Assembly: GCF_964204645.1 (NCBI RefSeq)
Contig: NC_134035.1
Location: 9,022,451-9,086,450, forward strand
Direction of reading: 5' to 3'
DNA: 64,000 bases
DNA from: Tubulanus polymorphus
Taxonomy: Eukaryota; Animalia; Nemertea
Position numbers and translations under genes: made by a program. The stretch's first letter is position 1, and every line of letters starts with the position of its first letter. Positions 51,187 through 63,913 of this stretch are shown one piece after another. The notes under the pieces are model-generated. The model was not told the origin of the DNA. It did not search any database and saw only the letters and a list, made by a program, of their open reading frames with translations.

Positions 51187-54100
51187 TCATGAAGTACCAT
51201 TAGCTGTACACTGTCGAGACATGTATTCGTTGTATTTCTTCTCTTGCGCGTCGTAAAGTTTCTTCAACTTTTTCAGCTGTGCTTTAGCGATCGGTTTGCC
51301 TTCGTTGTCGTGAGTCGGTATACCATCGTCGCCGAATGCGGAATATTTATCTTTTTCGTTCAGGAACATTTCGGACGGAGGTATCTTCGCGATCGCATCC
51401 TTCGCAGCCTGAGATATAGAAAATGTTCGACGAGGCATTAGAATTAACTACGTAATATGTGCATTACCTGAACCATTTGTTTTACTCGAGCAAAGTTCGA
51501 CGTAGAATTAAAGATAATAGCCATCAATTCATTACGAAATATAAATGAATGACTCCCGAAAAGAGCATAAAATCACCTTCGCTTTTTCTGCCTCCTGTTT
51601 CTTCTTTTCTTTCTCGATTCTCTTCTGTTCTTCTAACTGCAATAAACAAACAATTCTAACTTCGAATTGAGCAGAAGCAGTGAAAATGGGCTTCCCAAAT
51701 CCTAAACAGCAGGCTCGATTATTGCAGGACTCAATTAAGAGCTGCCATGTTTATCACATGTCAAGATTCGCCACAATAGCAGATCATTCAGTGCGGCCAA
51801 ATAACACTGCCACTGATAATGGAGATTGCTAGTATGTATTTTGAACAGAGTGGCAACTTTCCACCAATTTACAAATTCCCTAATTTTTAGGTTTAAAAAA
51901 TGTTACAATGCATTCATTTTTCATTGAATCATGTACGGTACTGATTAAGAAACCCGTGATCAATAGCATTACATGTAATTCTGTGAGTTTTCCAGGTTTG
52001 TGGTCAAATGTGTCAAATCTCCTGAGTTTTAACTCTTACCCGAAGTCGCTCTTCTTTCTCTTTCATAAGCGTTTCCTTGTCGACGAGTTTGATCACCGTT
52101 CGTCCTTCGATGTCTTCTAACCGCACCCCAAGATCGGGAAGCGTTTCATCCCTCACCGTATCGCACAGTTTCAGAATCTCTGAACCTTTAAGAACCGAGA
52201 GCAAATAAATCACCGACCAAACAAAGGTTCAGAATCAAAACTTTTCAAAGTCTGTGGAAAATACTTACTTTTCTGCTGCCTTGCTACTTGGCGTACATCT
52301 TCACGGAAATTCGCAAAAGTATTCAAATATGGCATGACAAGTTCTTCGACCTGTAAATACATAAAAGGCTCACACAATGCTGGAGATCATCTTTGTGAAA
52401 ACTGATTAACAAAAAAACGTTTAACGTTACTTACATTAGCGCTCCGTCCAGATGAATGAGGAAATCCTAGATCTTCTGATTTTTCTATTGCACCGAATAT
52501 CTACGAAAATGGAATTACAACAATATAAATCAAACCGATTTTATGCCAATCAGAGTCGAGTTCAGTGAAAAGAAAAAAATTTGTTTAAATCAGTTACTTT
52601 TGAATTGTTGTCGTCAATGAGCTAACTAGGGACCCAGTTAAATTCTGGACCCAAGATGAAAGTGGATCATGTAGAACCGTACCTGTAGCATGGAAGTAAT
52701 ATATTTCGCTATATTTTTCAATAGTAGTCTGTTAGGTAGAGATTTCTCTGAAGCTTTCTTCGCTATATACACGTTACTGGTAGTGACTAGATCTCTAATA
52801 CATTCCATCGTTGATTTCGTATCGATTGAATCTGAATTGAATTAGAAACTTAAAACTCCTGATTTTACAATGATAAACACAGGCAGTTTTTGTCGTGTTA
52901 CTGATGACAAAGCCCAAAGTGAATTGACGATTGATTACAGGGTAGCCATTTCATTTGACTTTCCCCTGACCATTCTGTGACATGCACTTTCTTTTCTCTG
53001 ACTTGATCTGCTAAGAATCCAATCAATTAACACCGTCGGGTATATAAGACACGCAAGGAAACTATTTGATTTCAAACCTCGATCTAACAATCTCAACAAA
53101 TTTCCATCATTTTTCCCTGATTTCCAGGTACTTGTAAGTGGCCACAAAACCCAGTTTTTCTGATCACTTACCACACAAAGCTGAGTGAATCGCTACTTTC
53201 TTTTCACTGAATCTGAAAACAGATGGAAGTATGCATCACTATCTCAATTTTCATGAATGCTTATTCGTCACTAGCCGAGTTTGATAGTGCGTAATGCGAG
53301 CTTACTTTTCATTCAACGACATTTCATCGTCGTTCCACTTTTGATACGAATCGAATCCTTTCGAAGGTTGATTTCGTAAGATGTCTTTCACAGTCAAGAA
53401 GAATTCCTAAGTAGATAGATAATGGTAGATGATTTTAGATGAACAACAGAAACGGAAAGAGGAGAGAGAGGAGGGACATTTAGTTATTCAAGGATTCTGC
53501 ACAGAGTACCAACAGATCAGTCATTCCTGGATATAAAGAGTTTTCAAGGATATAAGGAGTTTTCAAATTTCAAGGAAGTGTCAGCATCACTTTCAATATC
53601 CCAATTACTTTAGACTCTTTGGAACTGTTTATCTCGTTATCCATATCACTAACTCAACTTAGTTTGAAACCACCTAATTTGGTAAACACAAATCTTGATC
53701 CCTACAGTAACCGATTAAGGTGTAGTTCTAGAGCAATTAATTCAGCAGGAATGTGTGACAATTTACAATACAGAATACCCTGTACTCACACCGACATGTT
53801 TTTCAAAAGTCATAGCTGCTTCCATCGTACTGTCGCTGTAATCCATTGTATCTTTCCACGAGTGAAGCAGATACAGAAGTCGTAATTGACGCGATGAATA
53901 TTTCGATAGCGCTTCTTTAATCGTGATGAAATTCTTCAACGACTTCGACATTTTACACCCGGCGATCGTCAAGTGTCCCGAATGTATGAAATACCGCACC
54001 CAATGGCTGTTACCGTAGTGTGCCTGCAATTATCAGAGAGTACCACACCGTGGTAATAATCGTTTCTTTCCATAACCCTTTTTAGTGCATCTACACCGCA

Positions 54101-57100
54101 ATGCAGTGTATAAATCGATGATGAACTTTGCTAGCACAACACATTGCGGTGTATTGATGTAATAGGTAGCTAGTTTTTATCTCTTATTAAAGATGGCAGC
54201 ACTGTTAAATATTAGTAACTAACAACGCACTGTAGTAGCATGTCTCTTATTTAATGCACTGGGGTGGAATTTTAAAAATTTCAAAATTCATCTCAAGCAT
54301 TTTAGGGTATCAATTAGTCAGCACTGAAGGGTTAATATAGCCTAACGGCTATAATGTAATCTTAGCACTCAACATGAAATGAATGAGACAAGGCTTTAAA
54401 CAAAAATACAATCATCAGAGGAACATTAAACATAAATTCACCAGTTGATGTCCATTGACAATGACCGTTAAATTCAATCATAAATTATAAATTCCAATAC
54501 AAAATTAAGACAAATAGGTTCCGTTTAAAGTAAGTTTTCAGATTTGATTTAGATTCGACTTTCCGTAAGACTAGATCTAACACGACTAGGCAAAACGTTT
54601 CACATAGTGAAGGAGTGGCAATTTGATATTTCCTTACAGTGTCTTACAGGGAAAATTTTGTTTATAGCTATCTTACCTCAGCCTGAGCCATTTCGTTGTC
54701 GTGATGCGGGAATTTCAGATCTACGCCTCCAGTGTGTATATCTAAGGATTCACCTAAAATCATACTAGCCATTACTGAGCACTCTATATGCCATCCTGGG
54801 CGACCCTAGAAAATAAACCGCATAGGTCTAGAAATATGCAGCGAAAGGTCATAAATTTTCATGTTTTCAAAATCTTACCTTGCCCCAAGGAGATTCCCAC
54901 GATGGTTCACCCGGTTTTGACGCTTTCCATAATGCGAAATCATTGAGACTTTTCTTTTCGCCCAAACGATCGGCAGAAATACTCAAATCACCTGAAACCG
55001 ATTAATATTCTTATATAGAGATTGACAACAGAGAACTGAATACTTGTCTACAGTCGTCTAATTCGCTTAAAGGTCTTTGTAGTTGGCACAATCAATATGA
55101 CTTTAAAGACTTAGTAAATTGAAATGGAACTCAAAATTAGAGACGCTTCAATTATGCGAGGACTTATCCAAATAATGACTTACACAAAGGAAATTGAATC
55201 GAAAATCTGCTTAATTTGGATCATTTGGGACCAACAAAAGTCATCCGGTTTACGGGAAATCCACATTGAAAGTCATTTTCTTGTAATACATAAGCGAACA
55301 AATGGACCACAAACATTGTCCGGATTAGACCAAAATCTGGATTAAACTGAGGTTGACTGTAAGGCCAAAAAAAAAATATTCTGTTTCTGGTCAGGCCCTT
55401 CTGCACAAAATGATGCGGTGATGCAGTAATGCATTTTTTTTTTAATGTTCCTACATTTGACTATTGAGTTTGATGATTAGTCGACAGGAACAAGTCCGAA
55501 CGGATGTATAGTAGCCGGCCCTTTCAAAATTGATATCGATATCAACATGCTTTTGATCAGAAAATAGCAATGAATAGATAGATGGATGGACTAAACTTTC
55601 ACGTTTTACTTCCGCGTTTGACGCCATTTTTGTTTCCGAAAAAAAATTTATGCCGCAGGGGTTCTAGATCGACGCGCGCGCTGACCAGAAACAGAATACA
55701 TTTTTTGTTTGGCCTAATGACAACAATCCGACTACAATAAGAGTTTGATAGGATATACTGAAGTGTTACCTTCTCCCTCCTGTAAAGCTTTACTGTCGCC
55801 GAACGCCTCCGGTACGAGTTTCGCGTAGAAATGATTCGGATCATTGCTGAATTTCATCGTATTGAAATAAACCGAACTATTCGACTCGTATCTGAGAAAT
55901 ACAATAAACACAGCAAGTATTCAGGACGGTTTTGAATTTCTTTTTAAATCCAGTCTTCGGAGAAACCGAAACGATTACGGTTAAGACGAGTCGAGAAGAA
56001 TTAACGACGATTAAATGAAATGTTTCAACGACTCACGCGAAATCGTTATCGATGATTTTCTGTACAAATTCGATAACTTCGGGAATATATTCACTGACAC
56101 GAGTCAAAACATCGGGCGGTAGAACCTAAACATAGAACACACTAATCTATCAGTCAATCGAAAAGCTATCGGGCCCAAGTCCACAGTTCTGATTTGAATA
56201 ACCCTAAATGATTAAGAATAATTGTTCTAGGAAATTAATTAATACCAACTCAGTACAATCAATATTCAATTAGTACACCCTATGAGCTTTATGCTCTTTG
56301 TGTATTATCTGTAACTTGCATTTCAAAAATGCAAGTTACATTCCGAAACTGCAAGTTAGAATCCAATAATGCAAGTTAGATTCCGAAAATGCAAGTTACA
56401 TTCGAAATGCGAGTTACATTAGAAATCTTTCAGATGTAAGTGCATGTAAGGCATGTAGTGCATGTTTCATGTAATAAATATGTTTCTTGAAGAATAAAAG
56501 ATTAAAAGTTATATCTGACTTAAGTCTCAACTATGGAACAGGAGCACTGTTCATGTATTCGATCCTATTTTAGGAACTGGATATGAATCTAAATTTCAAA
56601 TCCACTGAACTCACATTTAGAGATTCCATGTCTTCGTGATATTCTTCTTCAAACTTCTTCGGAAGTTCAGCGAATATTGAATTATCGGTCACCTCAGATC
56701 CATGTTTTCCGTCTAACCAATCGGACATCACGTCTTTAGCGTTCTTCAGCAGATTCTGATTATTCGAAAATCAAAAAGCTAATAATCTTTCGTTTCACCA
56801 GTAAAACAGACAGCACTGAAATACTCACTGACCTTTCTGGCGTCGTCGATATTTTGTTTTGATTTTTGCGCGCCTTTGATATCGGTCAGTGCTTTATTCA
56901 CGTTCGTCAACATTTTTTCTAACATGTTCTTTTTGTCGGGGTCGGTTTCTGCAGAACATTTTATACTGAACGGCTAAAATGATGATAGAAAACATCTTAA
57001 TCAAACAGCCAATTTCACGCGAAAACAATTGACTGAAAATCTTGAATGGATAGACGGATATTAATCACAGTATTCCAGAGTTAATGAGCAAAACCCACCA

Positions 57101-58843
57101 ATTATTATAAGACTGTTTCGAAGTTTAAACTAAACCTCATCAGAGAAACAAAAAAGCATTTTTTAACAGTTATTCATGTATCTCTAAAGATGAAGTTTAG
57201 TCTAAACTTCATCAGTTGTTTTTCTGATGATGAAGTTTAAATAGTCGAATAAATAGCTTAATCACCAAAACTGTTGGGTTTTGCCCATTAAGACGTGAAA
57301 ATCCCTTTTCGTAATTTTAAACCGAGTAGGGTCCACAGCGTTGTAAAATGAATCAATGCCATAGACCAATAACTAATATGGCACCTACTGACCTTTTCAG
57401 CTGTCTCTATATCGGCGATAAGCTGATCATCGGAGCGCGATGATTCGGATAAGTATTTCTCCCAGAGATAAGACTGTCGAGCTCGTTTGATGATCTTATC
57501 GTCGATATCTGTGATATTCATGCAGTAAACGATGTCGTATTTGAAATAATCCTGCATAACTCGACGTAGAATGTCGAACGAGATATACGACCTGAAATAG
57601 CGATGTGTTAATCACTGACTTGTATTGAAATATCACGGTGGCCACTTTGTCCTCGACTATTCTCAGACATGCTCTGCTAGGAATCCAAACAATTAACAGT
57701 CAAATATGTAAGACATAGATGGGAACTGTTTGATAAAATCCAATCAATTAACAGTCAGATATGTAAGACATAGAGGAATGTTTGAATTTATGCCGGATCA
57801 AGAATTCTCAGGAAATTTTCCTGATTTTAGCACTTTTACAAAATTCTCGGTCTTCCCTGATTTTTCCTCATTTCCAGGTAAGTGGCCACTTTGAAAATTC
57901 TGTTCGATGAAAATTATTAGCATATTCTAAAATTGTAATAGTAAATGTGAAAAACGAATAGTACTTTGAAGGTTTACTTGCATAAGCTTATGCTACTTAT
58001 GCATAGTAGATTCATCAGGTGGAAAATTTAACTAAGTCGTCAACATTCCTGAATATCATTTCAAAATTCAAATCAATGAGCAGATTAAGTGTATCAGATA
58101 CCTGGCATGTCCCATGTGAGATGAATCGTACACCGTAGGGCCACAGCTATACCACAACACCTGTTTACCATTCTGAGCAACAAATAATTCCTACAATTCA
58201 CATTGATTCATTAAAACATATTCTGATATATTCAAACACTGGAAAATGTCAGATATCGCGGTTATCGGTGGTAAATGGTGCATTTATTCATGCTTATGAA
58301 TAAGGTTAAGATTATAGCCATAGGGAGGTTGTGACAATAATGTGCGCTATTGCAACTTATATTATTAGACGCTGACCAGCGATGAAAATACAATAACAAG
58401 AACAAGTCTTCAAATTGCTTTTCGACTTCTTCGTTAGTCTTTTTTTTCTAACTAACTGCATGATCCACATCATAGACCTAAGGTTTTTCAGTTTTGAGCC
58501 AACCATACTTACTTTTTTCCTTGTCAAGCTATTGTAGAGCATCAGTTGGGGCAACGGGGTTCCTTCAGGAATCTTCCAGTCATGAAGACCACGTTTCGCT
58601 TTTCCTATAACGACAGTTTTAGAGAACAAAACCAAATTTAAATTGAATTGAATGAAAATCGGGCCGGTTTTAAGCGATTAATTCGGTATTTAAAGGTAAA
58701 CGAACATATATCAATAGCTGAACGCATAGCAAATATTGGATTGCAATGGACAGCAATGATAGAAACAAACGACATTAGATGATATCGTCAATTTAATCAT
58801 AAAAGTCAATTTTTTATCGAAAATTACCGAGTTGATCCGCCAT
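51187..58843 (-). CDS. CARS1: Cytoplasmic cysteine--tRNA ligase
   Basis: Multi-exon gene starting MADQLG (58843). Motifs: [108 protein letters not shown]-terminal IPPSEMF...GIPTHD exon ends at 51187. Confidence 0.97.
56329..56420. repeat. 20-bp tandem repeat (~5 copies)
   Basis: Units TGCAAGTTACATTCCGAAAA, with one inverted copy TGTAACTTGCATT at 56310-56322. Confidence 0.75.
57083..57289. mobile_element. Palindromic hammerhead-bearing element (same family as 24380-24879 and 40785-40950)
   Basis: Ends ATGAGCAAAACCCAC / GTTGGGTTTTGCCCAT. Minus strand 57147-57110 reads tttct CTGATGA GGTTTA-gtt-TAAACT tc GAAAC a GTC. A partial duplicate of the 41-bp unit lies at 57189-57239. Confidence 0.65.
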
Positions 58844-61206
58844 ATTGAAGGATGATGCAATACGACGTGTCGATCGTACGATTAGGTTCGAATCCCGAAT
58901 ATACGCACTTCAGCGGGCATGAACCCTGATAACTACCGTATTAAACTGCAGTTCTAACGCTACCATAGAATAGAAATACGATTTGAAAAACAGTCAGACC
59001 TCAGCCATAAATATATTCCATTCCTCCAGCAAAAACTAAAACAAAGCAAAAATCTTTTTTCATTTCATGATGGCGGGTTTTTATTCATTACAAAAATGCA
59101 TTTATTCAGGAAAAGAGTTCAACAATACATCTATCGCCGGAGGGGACTAGAAAATAAAACCGAATATAAAGCTAAGCAAGTTATATAACTCAATCGCATT
59201 AATATAAAGTATTTGCAGACTTTGAGAACATCAAATCATATCTGTTTTTAAGTACAATCCATAAAGATAATGTTCATATCGTAATGACAAAGCTTAATTA
59301 GATAATTGTTAAGCGCAGACTAGTCCTACCTGATATCTCTAATTGTAGTAATTTTATCAAAAAAGAGAGTAATTTGACAGTAAACTTAGCAGTTTAATTT
59401 AAAATGAACAGTAAATTATTCTGATTTTGAGAGTATTTTGATATTCGAGCTCTAAGAAAAGAGCTGAAACTACATGTACTCTCAAATAGTGGTCCTAGTG
59501 AGGCGTGTATGCGAATTTAGGCACAAGATCGTCATAATTAATGAAAAATAAACTAACTAATAATATAAATGAATCATATACGGTGCAAGCTTAATAACTA
59601 CGCTATAAGCTTATCGTTGCTGAACAATTGAGAAAACCCTCATCAAAAACACAATCTCCACATGCGAGGTCTTTACAAACGAATAGTAATATTAATTTAA
59701 TTTCTATAGAGCCCTTTCCACTGTTCAACAACACTTTCCAATAAATTGGTACATGTATTATTACCCCAGCCTATATCTTATATCTCTAACCATTTATCAG
59801 TCATCTAAACATAGTCGTATTTTAACATCAGTTATTATTCATAGAGTAGACAGGGTCAGATCTACGGTCTGATTCAGGGAGGGGTGCACCGTCAAAATAG
59901 GGCATATCATATAATTATAAGGGTACCAAAGAAAGCTCATCAGAAAACGTTGACTCATCTTTTGATAATAGAGAAAAGCTCATGAATTTAAACTTTAGGT
60001 ATCAATTCAGTAATTTTCTTTTTTTCCGTAAAATTTCGGGGCAACTTGAAATATTTAGAATGGGATGCGCACGTCCTGCACCCTTCCCTCGGGATCCGCC
60101 CCTGGTAGATAGTCGAATAGAAGAACTTATAGGCACACTGAAGTGGAACAGTTTTTATGCGATGAACTTCGAAGGATATGCGATTTGAAGATATGTACAT
60201 ATAATACAAAACATCTATAACAAATAACTGTGTTCATCGAGGTAAAAATGAACAGATTTCGTTGTTAAGTGAAATGAACAGCTTTGAAATTTATACCCTG
60301 CTATTAACTGTTGGTTTAACATTAATGCTATACAGTACACGATCTGCAGTAACACCAATTAGCTCTGGAACATGAAGCAATGAAATACTGGAAGGAAGCC
60401 AGTTTAGTTGACCGGTTATGAGCTGAATTTACGACTCTGAATTCGAAAGTCCCCGAGTACCGTAAATGAGATTTACATCGTATTATTGCGTTTAAAACAT
60501 TTTACAACATACACATGTTTTTTATCATAGAAAATGAATCCAAATACAAGCGCCTGAGACCTTCTATTTAAAAACAACCGACTTTATAACTATATCTTAT
60601 GACACAATACGTAATTCAGTCTCAAATTCTAAAATCCACATTTACAAAAACTTAAGGTAAACCACTTATTCTCGAGGCGCGAAAACTACGACGGAACTAA
60701 AATGTACAGTTTTAACGTTACATGTATACAAAATGCATCTTTTACTCACATATCATTTACAATTGAGTACGGGTTTATCTAGCTGTTGGGAGAGAGGTTG
60801 AATCGAACAATCATTCCTTAACTTTTTTAGTAGAACGAGGTAGGTTGAAAACAACCTTGGTATTAACCCTAGGCTGCATTTTTCAATCTCCAAATAAAAT
60901 CGTTCAAGTATACCATAGAATTTAGTTAGTACAAAATCAAACTTGTTCACCGCCAATTGACAAGTTGCAATTCATTTAGAATTTTTAAAACTAGTCAAAT
61001 TAATGCATATCACTGCTTTGAAAAATGCAAACCGAGGCGAAACACAAATTGAAAATTAGTTTGTTTCTCCTAATCAGCTGGATCACTTATGTGAACAGCA
61101 ACAAAATTTGTAATCAGTACATTTCTATAACTGCCAGGTCTGTTATAGGTCTGTTATTGTTAGCTTGATCGTGATTTAAACAAACCTTAACTCAATAGCT
61201 AACAAA

Positions 61207-61345
61207 CCTCAATAGTGACTAGTATTCTAGTTCACCTCAATAGTGACTAGTATTCTAGTTCACCTCAATAGTGACTAGTATTCTAGTTCACCTCAATAGT
61301 GACTAGTATTCTAGTTCACCTCAATAGTGACTAGTATTCTAGTTC
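61207..61345. repeat. Perfect 28-bp tandem repeat x5
   Basis: CCTCAATAGTGACTAGTATTCTAGTTCA starting at 61207, 61235, 61263, 61291 and 61319. Confidence 0.95.
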
Positions 61346-61472
61346 TGGTCGGGAAATAAAGGACTCATAATGATTATACTTGTTGAACAAACCGTTAAGG
61401 AAGAACGAAAAGAACAAAGTTTATTTTTTCATATTTTTTTCGTTTAAACCGCAGCGTCACACGACGAAGCGT

Positions 61473-63913
61473 TTATCGCCAACCGCGACTGAGTCGGTCC
61501 AATATAGTAATCAGAACGCTGGTTATAACGAGAACTCCAATGAACAAGAATCCATCCATCTGACCGACGTGCGAACGAATGTGTTTAACACCGACGCTCA
61601 GCAAATTAGCCGAAAATTTACGCCGTGGTTCATCCTGAAATTAAAAAAAATTACATCAATTACACAGTTTACCGTGGTTCATCCTGAAATTACCGAATCA
61701 CATCAATTACAGTTGAATCTTTGTTAGATGTCATTTGCTCAAATGAACTCTGGTTACATATGTAGAGAATCCCACAATAATAACGAAAAAATTTTATCAA
61801 GTCCAAAAATTTTTTTTAACTAGGAGTTTATCCAACCATGGACTATAAAACATTTTCTAAGTCGATGATTCAACTTTTCGACTATATCTCCTAAATAGTC
61901 ATCTTCAGGAATGCTGAAGAATATATCATACTATTAGAATATAGTCGAAACGTTGAATAAACTACTAGCTCAAGGAAACATTTTCGGACTTCATATGATT
62001 TTTTCATTATTTTTGTGGTATTCTCAATGGATTATCGTTAATAGTAGTGTTTTATCAATGGAACTCAAAGGTAAAACTTGGTAGAACCTTTAGCCTATAC
62101 AAAGAGTAAGAAACTGTCTAATGTATTACCATACGAGGAAGGGCGTAATGTATTACCAGGAGTGCATCTAACATATTACCAAATAAAGACATGTAGTCTG
62201 ATGTATTACCATACAATGACAGGGTGTATAATATTACCAGGAGTGAATTTAATGTTTTACCAAGTCAAGACATCTAATCTAATATATTACCAAGTATGTT
62301 TGTTGGATGTAATGTATTACTGGATGCGCGAAAATTTGTAATACCTGAATAATTTTTTCATGACGTAGATACTGTAACATTGTAGGTTCATCTTTCGTCA
62401 GTATCGGGATATAATCACTCTCCTTTTCTCGTACCCACCAGTCGACTTGTGAATGCCTGAAAACACCACGAAACAAAGCATTTTACAATCAAACTTTAAT
62501 CAGGGGCCGGTTGCATAGTCATGGCTTAGACTTAAGACCAGTCTAAAACCTAAAATCAATATAATATCTTAGAACCAGTCTAAACTCACTTAGGTTCTAT
62601 AACCAATCTAACAACTTAAGACATGTATAAGCTCATTTTGGTTCTATAATCAATCTAACAACTTAAGACAGGTATAAGCTCATTTTGGTTCTATAATCAA
62701 TCTAACAACTTAAGACCAGTCTAAGCTCATTTAGGTTCTATAATCAATCTAACAACTTAAGACCACTCTAAGACCATCTTAGCTCTATAGCCAATCTAAC
62801 AACTTTAAACCAGTCTTAAGACCATTTTCAAGCTTAAGTCATGACTTCACCCAGCCCTAGAAACTAATTAGCATTAGGTATACTCACCATTTATGTTGTC
62901 TATCATATCGAGTGTAATGATACTTGTACAACGTAGCTTTCATATAGATCGGTGGCTTATTCGGAAACGGGTTTTTCTCCAACAACTCTATAACTACAAT
63001 CACAAAAAACGCAGTTGAAAGAGGATATGGAGAAATATCTCAGATTAACAGACTCATCAAAGAGATAGAAGATATTAGATAATCTTTAATGATTAGATAA
63101 TTTCTTATAACTTATGAACTATTCACTTAAAGAAATCTCTCCAATTCGATCGGACATTCCCTAAAGTTTGAAAGTTTTCAGGTCTGAGACGAGTAGAACG
63201 ACTACGACCGCTGTTAATTTCCACACGAAAAACTAACCTTCTTTTTGTCCCGTGAGCAAACGATAAACGAGATTAATAAACCATGGATTATGCTGATAAT
63301 TTCCGAGCGCGGCGAACCACATTTGCCAGTCGAGTCGCGGTTGATGCGGAGCTACAATTCATACAGAAAAAAACACGGTCACCAAACAGTTCATTTATCG
63401 GCGATCACGGATCAATGAACTCCGAAATCTACACATTTTTCCACATCTTTTAATCAGTGTCTACATAGATCAGTTATTCGTTGTTTTCAAGGAGAAAATT
63501 TCAAATTTCAAGCAGTGTCTGCATCACTTTCATATCCCAGTTACTGTAGACTCTGCGTAAATCGGTACTATTTATCTCGGTAAACAATTAATTGGTTTTG
63601 TAAGCAAAATGTTTATGCCATGCAATACAGAACTAGGGTTCTTATTTGGAAACCTTTAAAAAAAATTCTGGTCCAAAGAGAATCGATTCAGGTGTAGTTT
63701 ACTATACAACTACATACATTACATGAATAAGTCAGTGGGTCGAGGGTATTTAAGAGAAAAAAATCTGATATTTGTAAGTAATACTTACCCACAATTGGCG
63801 GCATTACTGAGGTATTTCCTGGTTTATATAAGAAATCGTATTCGTGCCACGGTCCTTGTAACGAATTGCTGCCTTCGATTACGAGTTCAGGACGACCGCC
63901 GACACCCGTCATT
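61473..63913 (-). CDS. LMF2: Lipase maturation factor 2, 3' exons (gene continues beyond the window)
   Basis: Exons 63913-63789 ([15 protein letters not shown]...EYDFLYKPG), ~63352-63238 ([16 protein letters not shown]), ~62994-62888 ([20 protein letters not shown]), ~62456-62345 (WWVRE) and 61634-61473 (C-terminal TM). The TGVGGRPE insertion and extra C-terminal TM favour LMF2 over LMF1. Confidence 0.9.
61868..61904 (-). ncRNA. Degenerate minimal hammerhead motif in palindromic element ~61760-62025
   Basis: Minus strand: attc CTGAAGA t GACTAT-ttaggagat-ATAGTC GAAAAGT T gaat. Stem I attc/gaat is perfect; stem III is mutated. Confidence 0.5.
62584..62812. repeat. 47-bp tandem repeat (~5 copies) inside a Harbinger-like MITE
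   Basis: Unit GCTCATTTTGGTTCTATAATCAATCTAACAACTTAAGACAGGTATAA corresponds to the single-copy interior of the MITE at 28846-28983. Confidence 0.85.

Noticed and set aside
62078-62341. 87-aa Tyr-rich ORF antisense in an LMF2 intron
   Set aside because: It arises from degenerate ~20-bp TATTACCA repeats and has no other coding support.
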